DNA of 50,791 nucleotides from Girardia tigrina (Eukaryota): NCBI GenBank assembly GCA_001938485.1, contig MQRK01243438.1, positions 19,233 to 70,023 of the forward strand, read 5' to 3'. Shown piece by piece: positions 24,045 to 38,220 of this stretch (position 1 is its first letter; each line of letters starts with the position of its first letter). The notes under the pieces were generated by a model. It saw only the letters and a program-made list of their open reading frames with translations, ran no database searches and was not told where the DNA came from. The position numbers and the translations under genes were made by a program.

Positions 24045-24890
24045 TTGGGTTGAGGAATAATTCGTGAGCGTTTTTTCAAGTTAAAAAAATATATTCATAA
24101 ATGTAACGCTTTTCCAAAATATTTTGTGTCATTTGGTAGATAAATTTTTGCTCTAATAGGTGGTGTGTTTGATTTTCATATTTCTTTAATTTTTGCTTTC
24201 ATTTTCAGCTCCTTAAATGGAATGTCAAGTGAACAAAATCGAGCATTTTCGACACCATCTGCTTTTCGCATTTAATTGAGGTTTTAACGCCGCTGAAGCT
24301 GCTCGTGATATCTGTTCTGTGTATGGCAATGGAGCAATACCTGAAAGTACCGCCAGCCGTTGGTTTTCGCGCTTTAAAAAGGGGAATTCTGATCTGAAGG
24401 ACGGGCCACACACTGGTTGACCAATTGTGTTTGATGAAGAGTGATTGAATCAGCTTCTTCACGAAAATCCACGTCAAGACTAGAGAATTAGCGGAGCAGA
24501 TGGATTGTGATAAAAAAACTGTGGTGAACCACCTTCATTCAATGGGCAAGGTCCAGAAACTCGGCGCTTGGGTGCCACACTGTTTTAGCGAAAAGAATAG
24601 AAATCAGTGCATCACAATTGCCACCAGTTTGCTTGCTCGACATCGTTCAACACATGGTCACAAGGAGCGCTTTCTTTACCGCATCGCCACTGGCGATGAG
24701 AAATGGTGCCCGTACATCAATATGAAGCAGCGTAAAAAATGGCTCAGTCTCGACAAAAAAGTGACTCCTCGAGCAAAACAAAACCTCCATCCTAGAAAGA
24801 CTATGTTGTGTGTATGGTGGGACTGGGAAGGGATGGAGGTTTTGTTTTGCTCGAGGAGTCGCTTTTTTATCGAGGCTATGAAAGGATAAT
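24045..24890 (+). mobile_element. mariner (mellifera-like) element, degenerate and 3'-deleted
   Basis: TA-TTGGGTTGAGGAATAA TIR; MECQVNKIEHFRHHLLFAFN at 24217, WVPH, TGDEKW, KTMLCVWWD; stops and a frameshift. Confidence 0.92.
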
Positions 24891-25348
24891 TACTGAAGCA
24901 CTATTAGCTCTATGACGTTTTCTGATATATTTTTGTACTATGTGTTGTAAAACGTAAAATTTCTACATAAAATATAAAAAAAATAATTTTTAATGAATAC
25001 ATCGAATATTTACATAATTTTCTTATGTAAAAAATGTAAAAAAATAGTTTATGAATTATTTTATTTTGAAAGTTTTACTAAATTCAAGAATTATTTTTAT
25101 CTTAAATTTTGTGAATAAAAATTTTAAATTCACAACTGTTCAATATCAATTATAATGATGATTAAACTGAACAACAATACTATTCTAAAATGGTCCCATC
25201 ACGAAACGTCCGAGTTTAAAATAACGCTTCGACGATGCGCTTCTACTACAATCATTCAATCTTAGGGTCCTTTGGAGATCGACTGGAACAACGAGTGATC
25301 TAAAAATAATTTCAAGGGTTCAAATATATATTCTACAATTTAAATATA

Positions 25349-26333
25349 CAGGGTGCGGCAGCTATTTGAGAACACGTAATATAGACACCATATCTTTTTG
25401 TGTGTTATAATTACATAATTTTATTTTTGCTGGTAGACATGGCAGAAGCTACTCTTNNNNNNNNNNNNNNNNNNNNNNNNNNNNNNNNNNNNNNNNNNNN
25501 NNNNNNNNNNNNNNNNNNNNNNNNNNNNNNNNNNNNNNNNNNNNNNNNNNNNNNNNNNNNNNNNNNNNNNNNNNNNNNNNNNNNNNNNNNNNNNNNNNNN
25601 NNNNNNNNNNNNNNNNNNNNNNNNNNNNNNNNNNNNNNNNNNNNNNNNNNNNNNNNNNNNNNNNNNNNNNNNNNNNNNNNNNNNNNNNNNNNNNNNNNNN
25701 NNNNNNNNNNNNNNNNNNNNNNNNNNNNNNNNNNNNNNNNNNNNNNNNNNNNNNNNNNNNNNNNNNNNNNNNNNNNNNNNNNNNNNNNNNNNNNNNNNNN
25801 NNNNNNNNNNNNNNNNNNNNNNNNNNNNNNNNNNNNNNNNNNNNNNNNNNNNNNNNNNNNNNNNNNNNNNNNNNNNNNNNNNNNNNNNNNNNNNNNNNNN
25901 NNNNNNNNNNNNNNNNNNNNNNNNNNNNNNNNNNNNNNNNNNNNNNNNNNNNNNNNNNNNNNNNNNNNNNNNNNNNNNNNNNNNNNNNNNNNNNNNNNNN
26001 NNNNNNNNNNNNNNNNNNNNNNNNNNNNNNNNNNNNNNNNNNNNNNNNNNNNNNNNNNNNNNNNNNNNNNNNNNNNNNNNNNNNNNNNNNNNNNNNNNNN
26101 NNNNNNNNNNNNNNNNNNNNNNNNNNNNNNNNNNNNNNNNNNNNNNNNNNNNNNNNNNNNNNNNNNNNNNNNNNNNNNNNNNNNNNNNNNNNNNNNNNNN
26201 NNNNNNNNNNNNNNNNNNNNNNNNACGTGTTAATATATGTAAAATTTTAAATTGTAATAAATGTTATTTTTCTGTTGTATATTCATTTTTTGAACTTTAT
26301 GTCATTTTGTTCTCAAATAGCTGCCGCACCCTG
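25349..26333. mobile_element. Tc1/mariner-superfamily element, interior is an assembly gap
   Basis: Perfect TIRs CAGGGTGCGGCAGCTATTTGAGAACA with TA TSDs. Confidence 0.9.
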
Positions 26334-26886
26334 TATATTAGTAAAAATGTAAAGTAAAGAATATAATAGTGGTACCAACTAATTTAATTAATTTTCTCCC
26401 TCGGAATTCGAAACCCAATTTTTACATGTTTTGATCCAATTTTATAATTATCATTCTATGTTCTGTATTTTTGTTTTTTTCATAACAACTGGTAATCTAA
26501 ATAATTGGACGAACATTTTACTCAATAAATAAATTAGCAATTTTATCTATTATTTATTAAATGAACCCCTTTGTTTGCGATAAATAAGTGAACAAAATTT
26601 TAAACCGCAAGGATAGACAAGCGAAGTGTACAGTTCTGAATCAAACGAAGCTGTGATGAATCGGCAATCAACTCAATTGTAATTAATTGATTGTGTTTTC
26701 CATAATGATGACTGCCAATGTAATCGAGTGAATTATTATTTGTCATTTAACAGTGTAATTATTCATTAAAATTGTATGTAAAAAAAGGTCAAGAAAATAA
26801 GAAAGAATTAATTTAATTTAAAAAGTAAAAAATGTTTTTATTAAAAGATTAATTATTTTATGTAAAAGTAAAAAAGATTAATTATA

Positions 26887-28234
26887 TAGGGTTGCCTCAT
26901 AAGTTTTGTTGCAAAAAAAACACTAAAAAACAACAAAATACAATAAATTATAAAATATTTTATCAATCGTCCAAGTCATGCAAATGGGACAAGTAATCGC
27001 CATTGTGCACAATACATCTCAGCCAACGTTCATCGAGTCTGAGTATCCCATTTTGGAAAAAATCACGCGGTTTCTTGTCAAACCAATGTAGAAGATCTTC
27101 GTTGAAATCGTTGACACTGGCATAATTCTTTCCTCTAAGTGCACACTTAATTGGAAAGAAGAGATAGCAGTCAGATGGTGAGAGATCAGGGGAGTATGGT
27201 GGATGTGGTAGTATGGTAAATCCAAGCGCATTTAGCTTGTCCTTGGTATTAGCAGCCGTATGCGGACGAGTATTATCGTGGAGAAAATGAATATTGTGGT
27301 TTCCTCCTGCCCTCCGCTGAACGGCGATAATGAGACGATACAGCTTAGTACAGTATACATGCGCATTGACTGTAGCATTTGGAGTTAAGACATCTAACAA
27401 GAGCAGTCCTTTACTGTCCCAAAAGACGGAGGCGAGATGCTTTCGGTTTTTCAGTCTTCGTGCGGGTGTTGCAAGTGGGTTTTCATCCGATTTTCTCCAT
27501 GATCTATTGTTGAAAGCGCCTTCGTTGTCCCAGTACACCCATATCTCATCACAGGTGATGATTTGGGACAGGAAATCATTCCGGTGATAACTAGTCAATA
27601 GCTGAAAAATTCTTTTGCGATTATTCTTGTTCTGTCGTGTCAGAGTGTGTGACACCCAGAAATTTTCCAGGTATCTGTATCCCGATGCATTCAAGTGCCG
27701 GTACATCGTGGTTTTATCCTGATCAATTCCCTCTGCAATGTTCCTCGTTGTTGCACGCTTGTTTACAGTTAGAAACTCGATTATCTTCTCGTCTATATCA
27801 AGAGAGGGCCACCATTCGCGGACTTGATCGTCTGTGTTAAAGTTGGTTTCACGAAAATTGGAAATCCACCTTTCCCATGTTCTCTTTGAGACTGTTCCAA
27901 CTCAAAGGGCCGTGTTAATTTCGTCAGTCATCTGTGAGGGTGTTAAATCCATTTCCAGCAATAATAAATTAATTTACGATTATCAGAGCGATTAAAATCC
28001 ATTAGAATTATAAAAATATGCGAAATTTACGAAAATGGTATTATTTTATTGAAACAAAAATTCATTTAGAACAGAAAAACCAAAATTATTAGACATAAGT
28101 ATATCGCAAATGCTATTTTATCTAATTCACATTTTATTACAGATTGCAAATATATAAGAATTATTTATGTGATGCAAGGACATCCACAGTTAACATAGAT
28201 ATATGTGTGCGACAAAACTTATGAGACAACCCTA
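26887..28234 (-). mobile_element. mariner (DD34D) element; C-terminal transposase ORF 26963-27706, disrupted N-terminus
   Basis: TIRs TAGGGTTG(C/T)CTCATAAGTTTTGT; WVSH, ITCDEIW, HDNTRPH and YSPDLSPSD motifs. Confidence 0.93.
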
Positions 28235-29326
28235 TCTTATGCAAAAAGAAAATGTTTAATTTGGGTTTTCTTTAAAAGCTATGATTGTTGGTGTTTGGCG
28301 AAATTTAAATTGATGCTTGTCAAAATTGGTAAAATAAAAAGTGTTCGGCAAATTGAGTTTTTGCTTTGTTTCGAAATATTTTCTCCATTGATGTTTCATA
28401 TTCGAAAAGCCGGTCAGACGAGTATCACAATAATTTACAAATTTATCAATTGTTTAAGGCAATTTCACGACAATGACGACGAATGTATGATGCTACAAAC
28501 CGATGAGATTCTCGCCGCATTGAACGATGACCGATTCCAATGTTTAATTCTCTTTCAAATGACTTTAGTGCGTATGCTAAAATTAAATTATTCATCCCGA
28601 CTACACAACAACCCCACGACTACAGGGACCCGCGACGGTGCTGCGCCTCCTATCCTGTCACCCTTTTTATGCGTTTTTAAATGTTGAAATAAAATTTTGC
28701 TTTTCTTCGTTCTTAATTTTTCGTTTTTTATTCAGCATTTTAACATTATCGATGAGCTCGAGGTTTTGACATGAACTCCGGAGGTTTCCGTCGAGTGAAC
28801 AGAGGTAAACATCAACGGCCAGGTGCAACATCGGACGAGAACTCAATAATAAGGAAGAATATTGAATATATATATGAAAATGTCAAAAGTTGAGAAACTA
28901 AAACCTAAATTGTGATAAATTTTGTGTTGATGTCATTCTTTACCACATTCAATAATATCGAATTCCGATGACTAATTCTAATTCCGGTGATTCCATATAT
29001 CGTGACATCACTGGAATATGCAATCGCAAGGTCAGATTCAATATCATGTACTGATCCCAGTACATATTATATAATATTGCGTTAATGTAAAAGGACAAGT
29101 ATTTTCATTTTTTAATCGGCTATTGAACCATACTTGTATTTAAATACATTTTATTATACAATTCATGTTCTTTAAATATATTATAATATTCATTAATTAA
29201 ATAACAAACCATAATGAATTACATGTTAGTGTTAATAAATAAATAAATGATACACCAAATGTTTTAGAAATGATCAGAAGGAAAAATTAAGAAAATATTC
29301 AGTTTTATGATTATTGATGTTTAATT

Positions 29327-30236
29327 TCAACATTTTATTAATACAGGAACAACAGAATCGCAAATATTGTCTATGATTCTCCAGATTTGGGTTCCGGGAC
29401 TCTGTCCTATGCAGATTCCAAAATCATCAATCAAATATTTCGTTTCTTTCGAAAGAGTTTCAGGATAATCTTTTGCAACTATTATGCTCCATCTGTACAT
29501 TGCTGATTTATTCTTGAAATCATCAAAGTCAAATGTAGATGAATGAACAACTCCGACCACCAGATTTGACACCCCAATGAGGGCATTATAGTCATTAATT
29601 GAATAATAACAATTATAATAACTTGTACATTGTCCATTTGTTAAGAATTTAACAATATTATTCCCTAATAAATCCACACTCGAGTTCTTGTTATTCATTT
29701 GGACGACCACATCTGTTGATGGCCAAAAAACAGCTTTAATATCATTGTATTGACCAAAAAGGGCTTGTATTCCTTTAAATGTTCCGAGTAAAATATATTC
29801 AACTTTACTTGCATTATATATTCTATAAACGGTCGCATCACCCTTTCCAAACTTATAGTTAATATCCTTCAAAATTTGATATCTCGCTGTGTCAGGCGCT
29901 GTAGACTAAAATAAATTTAAACTACACAAAATATAAAAAATAAATAAAGGTAACATTATCCACATATTTACTATTGTAAAAAGCCTTCACGTAAGTACAG
30001 ATGTTCCGAGATTGACAAGTCTCCTTCATGTCGTAGAAAAAGCAAAGCGATCTCAAGTCGTCAAAGTAAAAAACTTGGCAATTCGCCGCAGTACATTCGA
30101 TGGCGCAATCATAGAAATTGTTCGTGGAAATGTTTCTCAGAGGAGTAAATACGCAAACCATTTTCCCTTGAAAAGATGTAAATTCTTGAGAGAAAATAAT
30201 AGGTAAAATATTTGCAATAATTAAAACAATAATCAT
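29327..30236 (-). CDS. Secreted PAN/Apple-domain protein, 2 exons (30236-29955, 29905-29327), 286 aa
   Basis: Hydrophobic signal peptide; DCAIECTAANCQVFYFDDLRSLCFFY PAN-like Cys pattern; 49-nt phase-0 GT-AG intron joins ORFs 29922-30236 and 29327-29872 without stops. Confidence 0.8.
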
Positions 30237-30759
30237 CTCTAATTTGTTTTAATGATCGAATTAATTTGTCTTGGTCAATTTATTAATTTTCGACAATGTC
30301 TTTTTTCAACAATAATTAATTGTTTCTTTTGTCCAGTAATATAATAATATCTTTGTTATCATTTTTATTAATTACAAAATGTCTTTAAAAATGGTTTTCT
30401 TAGAAGTCATTTGTTAAATAAATGGAAAACAAATTAAAAAGTTAAATAGTAAATAGTTTATTGTTTTAATTGTCGTTCAATGTGTTTTAATTAGAATTGA
30501 ATATAAAACTTTTGTTTTTTTTGTTGTATTACAAAATGTTTCAAATCATTTTCTAAGTTTTTACATTACTCTTGCGCGGTCATCCACAGATTCAGTGGGA
30601 TCGATGAAGGAGTTTTCATCCTTCCTGCATTAAATGCACAAAATAATTCTTATAAAAAGTCTTAAATTCAAATTATGTCTCAAAGTAGTTTCACTGTATG
30701 TGGTGCTCGTGAAAATTTCAATTATAAAATATTTTTTAATGAATTGATATCAAATACGA

Positions 30760-32793
30760 ATTGGTGAAATTAATTTTGTTTATCTGAGTGTGTACAGGTG
30801 CAAATTAAAACTTGTAATAAATTGTTGTCGTATGAGTCGATACTATTTGGCGATCATGATTGACCTGACATCGTCATCTAACTTTTTTGACGACCTTTGT
30901 AACCAAATTGTGAATGCTTCGATCGAGATTCCAATACGAATATGTAATCGCCACTCGGTTGTCAATAAATACCACTCACTGAAAATCGACAAGAATGACT
31001 TCAAGCGGTGATATGATATCGCAACACATGAATAAGTACGAGAGATTGGGAAGGTATTGCGGTCAAAAAATGAATTAATTTTGGAGAAGTTAACATACTT
31101 CAGAGTTGAACCGCTGGAAAGGGAATAACGGAAGGACCAAAACGAACTTTTCAGCGTATATCCAGTGAATATTATATGCGGCTCAGAAATTAAAACACAT
31201 GGAACCAATTTCATGAAATTAATTCTAGATAATGTAAAATATTATTGGAATTTTATCGTTGCTGACGTCCCAATAGCAATAATAGGAGCTGATTTTTTGG
31301 CATATTTTGATTTATTGATTGATTGCAAAAACGAAACGCTAATTAATAGAAATAACAAATTAGTGAATCATCTAATTTATAAAGGAACATCGATTCAGTA
31401 ATAAATTTAATTGAATATTGTCCGAAAACAAAAATTACAACGTACCACAATAAAAAAGGGAAAAAATCGGCAACAAATTTATCAAAACAATTAATACAGT
31501 AAATAAATTAAAACAATTCAAAAACAAAACAGTTTCAAATATTAAGAATAAAACTGATAATCCAATCAAAAAACAAACTCCTCTTAAAGAAAAAGAAGGT
31601 AATACTGAGGACAAAACTTCAAAGATCACAAACATAAGAAAACATGGGATGATAAGACTCTAAAAGATTTATCGAGCGAAATACTTATGAATCCAATAAA
31701 AAAACAAGAGTTCAATAAATCAGAGATGTTAAGTGACAAAAACAATAAAGACTTAAAAGAATTTGTAACAAATATCAGCGCATATAATTCGGACATTCAT
31801 CAAACAAAAACAAACCACCAAATTATAACACTGGGTTTGCCAGTCCACTCAAAATTAAAATTATTACCAAACGAAAAATTAACAGAAGCTAAAAAAATAT
31901 TTAACGAACTTATCGAAAAAGAAATAATAAGACCTTCATCATCAAACTGGTCTTCTCCGTTCCTTATGAAAAAGAAGAAAGACAATTCATGTATGTGCTG
32001 TGGTGATTACCAAATACTTAATTCTATTACAATCAAAGATGAATATCCAGTGCCTTTAATTAGAGACGTTACCACACGCTTAGCTGAAGCCAAATATTTT
32101 ACTAAACTAGATCTGGAAAAAGCATATCATCAGATATGTGTGGCCGACGAAGACATAAAAAAGACTGCAATTATAACACTATTCGGGTTATATGAATATT
32201 TAAAAATGCCATTTAGGCTTAAAAATGCTGCATCAACCTTCCAGAGATTTATGTATACTTTGTTTTCAAAACTTCCTTATTCGGTAGTCTATTTAGATGA
32301 CATCCTAATTGGCAGCACTAATTTAATCGAACATAAAAAAAATACGGCTACAGTACTTGAAATCTTACAACCACCAAAAACAGTACAAGAAGTCAGAAGT
32401 TTTTGTGGAATGGTGAATTTCTATCATCAGTTTATCCAACAATGTTCAATTATACTAGCGCCATTAACCGACATGATTAAAAACAAAAGCAAATTACAAA
32501 ATATCAATTGGACAGAGGATTTAATCAATACATTCGAAGACATAAAAAGAAAAGTATAAAAAATAAACAAGCTTTCTATGATCCAGCAAAATTCAAAACT
32601 AAGCCTAACGATAGATGCCTCAAATATTGCAATTGGAGCCACACTTTCACAAATTCTTAATGACATTGAAAGTCCAATATCATTCTTTTCACAAAAATTA
32701 AACGATACTGAATCTAGATACAGTACATTTGATCAAGAACTTTGGCAATGTATCGGGCTGTAAAACACTTTCAAAACTTCCTTGAGCATAGAT
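30760..32793 (+). mobile_element. Degenerate Gypsy/Ty3 LTR retrotransposon internal region (gag relic, protease, RT, start of RNase H)
   Basis: FIVADVPIAIIGADFL (protease); SSNWSSP, KLDLEKAYHQI, YLKMPFRLKNA, YLDD (RT 31687-32559, internally deleted); IDASNIAIGATL (RNase H); cut by the hAT. Confidence 0.92.
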
Positions 32794-34640
32794 CAGTGGC
32801 CTTCAACCTTTTTTAGACTAATGCCAATTCCCATCTATAATAAAAAACTACCGCCAACCACAACTTGAAAAACTATTAGATCCAAATACTATTTATTGAC
32901 AAAAGATAATGCAATATCTACAAAACTAGTACAGTAGTTGAAAGAGTTAATGAGATCCCTGTGCTTGGTGTTTCGATGCCAAGGACTTAATGTCTGGTTT
33001 CAGGTGTGTGAGATGCAGTCTCAAATCGCCCCTTTTAGCAATATCCAGATTGTATCTTTGCTTGGTGAGAAGATTAGTTGCTGCACTGAATCCACACTCT
33101 ACTAGGTAAGATGTAGGAAATGGTAATATTAGTAATCTCATTTTTTGCCATAAATGTGGATATAGAGTAGACATTTCTTTGCGCTGCCAAATTTGAATAT
33201 ATCCACCTTTGTTGTATAGTGCCTGTGCAATATCATCATTTTGCAATTCTATCAATTCTTCTTGAATCTGCACTTCGGCATCCAGAACATTAGCTTTTAA
33301 TGGGTCAATCATCCATGCAGGTACTTGCAGTTGAATTAAATCGCAAAATCNNNNNNNNNNNNNNNNNNNNNNNNNNNNNNNNNNNNNNNNNNNNNNNTTA
33401 ATGTCATCAATATTAACTTCTTCACTCACGGAATCTAGCATTGGAAATTGATAAAACTCTCGCCGTAGGATGTTCTGTCGATATAATGCCAACCTTTGAA
33501 TAAATGTTAAAATTACTTTTTTAGAATTTATTAATGTTACACACTGTCCTTGAAGTTTCAGATTGATTTCGTTGAACTTTTGAAATATTCCAGTAAAGTA
33601 GAATGCATTTTTCTTTGCAGCTTTCAATTCTTCACAAAAAGTGATGTCGTTATTGGTTTCAAAGAATTGTATGATGCTATCGAATAATTCTGCGAATCTT
33701 GCCAAACTGTTGCCTTGTGATAACCATCGAACTGCAGTATGAAGAATAAGTCGATTATGTTGTTTATCATTATTTTCGCACAGTTGACGAAAGATGCGAT
33801 CATTCAGAGAATTACATTTGATCTTATTTACAGTACGAATGACATTTCCCAATGAAGAGTGAAGATCCTCACCTAGCAGCTTGGCTAAGAGATGTTGTCT
33901 GTGTGCAACACAATGAACCGTGAATATACCAGGGACAGCGGTTTTCAAATGCGCAAGGAATCCACGATAACGACCAACCATTGCAGGAGCTTCATCGGTT
34001 GCGCAGGCAACAATGTTGTTAAAAGGAATATGTTTCGTGTCAAGAAATGTTTTCAGTGGCAAAGATTTCTTTAGTATCGATGTGTAATTTTTCGGGGAAC
34101 AACATTTCCTCTTGAAGTTTATGGTCTTTATCAAAATACCTGACATATCCCATTAGCAAAGCTTCATTCCCAGGTAGCGTAGATTCATTCATTTGCAATG
34201 AAAATTGAGTAACCCACAAGATTGTAACCAGTTGCTCTTCAACATCTAATGCCATTTCATCAATACGTCTCTGAACAGATGTATCGGTTAATGGTAAAAC
34301 TTTGATGACTTCGGTTGGATCCTGGTGCATCACAGTGCTAATAATTTCTCGCACTGCTAGTAAGATTAGTGTTTCAGCAATATTGTGAGGTTTACTACAC
34401 TTTGCTATCAGTTGAGAAATTTGGTAGGAGGCAACTAGTCCATCTACTACTTTTGCGTTACCTTTTTGAAACATTGTGGTAATTGTTTGTCATTTTTTGA
34501 ATTGTTCATACAATGTTTTAAAATACTCCAATAATTTATCTTTTTTGTCTGAATGCATTGCATTTAAATGTGCTCGAAGGCGTGATGGCTTCATTTGAAA
34601 ATGTTTGCTTACAAATAAGGCACATTGGGATTTGATTGTC
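32794..34640 (-). mobile_element. hAT Buster/Charlie-type transposon (ZBED5/SCAND3-like transposase, frameshifted, 5'-truncated)
   Basis: TIR CAGTGGCCTTCAACCTT after target GCATAGAT; KPSRLRAHL, KPHNIAETLI, HCVAHRQHL, VRWLS, FPTSYLVECGFS, GDLRLHLT motifs. Confidence 0.93.
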
Positions 34641-34759
34641 ATTTGGAGCTTGAATAAATCCATACGAGAGATACACCAAAACATGGGGCGGATTTCTGAA
34701 TTACTGCTATTAGTAACTGCTATTTCCTCTTTACTGCTTTTTAGTAAAAATCGATCATT

Positions 34760-35270
34760 TCTATGCCCCACGTTTTTGGTTAGGTATAAAATTTCTCACA
34801 TGTCTAGAAAAAAAATATTTTCCTCTTTTTAGTGCATTGGTAATGCTTGAAAAACGTGGTTGTTTTTGTAAAAATTTTTTTTTATTAATAATATTATTTA
34901 ACTATTTTTAGTTATCATTTAGGAATTCAAATCTTTCGATTGATTTCGAATAACAGAAATGATAATAAAACCAAAATAACAAAGTTTTATTTTAATAAAA
35001 GCAAGTTTTATTTAAGAATAATTTTTAAACCTAATTTTAATATTTCTACACTTAATTATCACTTGATTTTCACAATATTTGTTCAATTTATTAATTTTTT
35101 CCGTACATCCGTAAAGTAAATGTTTTAAAATATTGTATTGTCATTGGAAGCAAGCGTGTATAAAAAAATTCAGCTCAATTGGATGACTGAAAGTGGTCGA
35201 AAAATCAATCGCAAGATTTGTTCCAGACAGACAGACAAGAAACCAAGCTAAGAAAAACGTGGTAAAAAAA
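34760..35270 (+). mobile_element. DINE-1/HINE-like (Helentron-associated) non-autonomous element
   Basis: Sub-terminal inverted repeats CCACGTTTTT / AAAAACGTGG (the latter twice) and an (ACAG)n microsatellite near the 3' end. Confidence 0.45.
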
Positions 35271-37560
35271 CATTGCATGTAGAGTATAAATGATGTTTGT
35301 ATTGCCAATAAAATTTACCGCAATATCGAACAGCTTCTCTACTTCTTCGAAGGAGGATGCAGGACAGTTAATTTTTAAAAAAATTTTTAAATAATTTCGA
35401 TAAATATGTTTTAATAAATAATTTTTGTTATTATTAATAAAAAAAATATTGAAAACAAACTTATTAATTCCGAGAAATTAAATAAGAGAAAAAAAATAAT
35501 GGAGATAGATCATGTTAACATTCTTCATTTTCAAGATGAGTGTATATATGTATTATATGTATTGTATGTAAGTATTTTTTTGCTAAAAAATTCCATAATC
35601 TTTGTTAAAATTTTTCAATTAAACGTCAGAAGTTCAAGCCAATTCTTTATTTTATAAAATTTTGTTTTTGCGTTAGTGTCTAAGTGCAATTGCGCGAGTT
35701 ATGGTAATATTTTAGGCAAACAGAGTTTACTCTAAGCTTTTCACAGGTGCAGACCTCACGTTAAGTGTACAAAGATTATGATATTACTAAAACGACAAAG
35801 ATTCGATGAAATAGCAAGCAATTTAAAAGGTCACTGGAAAAAGACAAGTATTTTCGAATATGATGAGGTGATTCACCAATAAGATTTTTTCAAGCACCTC
35901 GTTTAGGTTATCTCGACACAACAGCTTAAAAAGCAGTCAAAGAGAGCTGGGTAACTCGTGAATCGTATAGGAGCGATCGTCATGTGGCATAGTTTTAATC
36001 TTTTCAAATGAGAAGTCTTTCTCCATTGCTCGTCAGACCTATCACTCAAAAACACAGTTTTTAGGCCAACAAGCTCTGCTGATTTGAGATAGCTACTATC
36101 TGGAAATCCTTTTGTCCAAAAGACAATGAATCCTGCTTCAACCTTGATACTGGATACCACGACAAGAGACTGGAAGAAAATGCTACTGGTCCATATTCTC
36201 GATGATACCTTTGAGATTAGTGCATTATACAGCAACCTGCTGAAGATGAATAGATGAAGAGAACTATTATGGTAACCATTTCATACGAGACCACCTGTGT
36301 TTGATTAGCAGTCGGAGGGGATGACAAGGATGATCTCACCCAGTCGAATGATGATAATGCAGTTTACAAATCGATCAACCGGGTCTTAATCAAACAGGAT
36401 TTATCAGAAGTGAAGGAAATCGTTAAAATCCGAATAGAATATATTTCTTCCGAGAAGAGAATCACTAAAAGAGAAATTTAGCAAACTACCGTAATTCGAT
36501 GGAAAATCATGATGTTTCTTTAAAAGTAGAGAGATCTAAACTCCCCGAATTTCACAAAATGATGTGTGATGATTACGAGTTGAAAGGGGAATCTCAACGA
36601 GATTCTGATAAAGGAGCAAAAGAACTCGCTCGAGAAAAGCTATTGAAAGACAATGAAATGAATGAAATCATACAGAGCTGAAAATACCATAGTCAAATTA
36701 AAATCGCTCAACGTTTAAAACTGCAAAACAACCGATGAAATTTCTAAAAAAGTTATGAAAAAACTATGCGCAAGAGTTGACGACTATTAAAATACCAGAC
36801 TTATCTGCGACAATTAAAATAAAAAGTTTTCCAAACGGATTGGGAAATGTGCAGCGATTAGGATTGAGTTTGTCCAATTGAGAATAGTGACTTAAAAAAG
36901 GTCGTTCATCAAAAAAAGTTACGTGCCAACGATTTGTTGAACTTTGCGACACATGAACTGATTATAAAAAGAATATATTTGAATGTATTTTGTATAACAA
37001 AAAAACTCAAGAAAAAAGCTGTAAAAATAATATTTATATAGTTAAAAAAAGTAAAAAAAACTCTTTAGTCTAAAAATAAGTATATAGGGAAATTTTTTTG
37101 CAATTTCAAAAGTAGGTCAATGACCTAAATTAACCCATTAACCACCAAAATAAAAATAAAAGAAAAATTTATTAATACGAAACGTTTAATATGGAATTTG
37201 AATGATTTGTTTGTATTCTTCAGTATTTTCTTCTTTTAATTGTTTCCTAATTCGTGTATCTGTACACTATTTGTCTAATGTCACCCTAATGTTGTGTTCC
37301 AGCAACAATAAGTAAAAAAACTACCTTCAATTGTTTCACTGTGCACAATCAGGTACAGAGGCGCCATATGGGTTAATAAATTAAAAAAATAAATGTGAAA
37401 ATTGTTGTTTTGAAATTATGAGTAAATTATTGATTTTTTTGTTTTTTATTTATGTGAATTAATTTGTGATAATAATGCGGGAAATATTTTTGAAAACGGA
37501 GTTGTAATCAATTGAAAAATAAATTGTTGTTCGTGAATTGCGTCATTTTAAATTAGAGCA

Positions 37561-38112
37561 ATGTTGCATGAATCGTTGCAAAATTTAAATGTAAATAAAT
37601 GCGATCCGGCTTCGTTGAATCCGATTAAACAGAAAATCATGGTGCTTGTGATGTCAATGATTGGATCAATGGGAGAGGCCGCTCCTAAATTGAAAAATGT
37701 TGAATTTGAGACTGAGGAAGAGAGAGTGGAATTGTACGAACAGATTGTGTTATATGTGATATTATTATTTTTAAGTTGTCGATTGATTCACGCGGATTTA
37801 ACTGAATATTATCTTTTTTGTCATGATGAAAAAATTTGGAGGATTGATGTATCACAAAATGTCGAACATTTCCTGAGAAAAGATTGTCACACAATCAACG
37901 AACTGTTGAACCTCAGTCGTGAAGAGGAGTTCTATTCGCTGTATATGGTGCATGACAAAGTCCAGATGATATTCAACGGCGACGATGATGAACAGTATCT
38001 AAGGGAGTGGTCACAGAGCCAAAATCTGGTGGGTGAGATCATATTTCGTCTCTGCCCACGACCTACAATCCACCTCCAAGCGCCAACGCACCGCAGTAAA
38101 AAACCTGCATAA
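37561..38112 (+). pseudogene. RIO-family atypical kinase (RIOK1/RIOK3-like) C-lobe fragment
   Basis: VLVMSMIG..G.AAPKLK, CRLIHADLTEYY (conserved N lost), IDVSQNVEH, FLRKDC; N-lobe largely absent and internal deletions. Confidence 0.8.
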
Positions 38113-38220
38113 AAAACGATTAAATAAATTTCAGTCTCGGTTTAGAGAGATCCGTTTCTATGAATCTCAAAAACGGAAATTACTATAAACGGAATTACCA
38201 ACCCAAAAACTTCAATAAAC

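Noticed and set aside
28205-28687. 160-aa ORF
   Set aside because: Starts with GTG at a mariner TIR and has no recognisable motif
36690-37377. piggyBac 3' remnant or MITE (FLKKL..AQEL; ...CCATATGGG-TTAA)
   Set aside because: Too degraded; only 5 bp of TIR match, so boundaries cannot be supported
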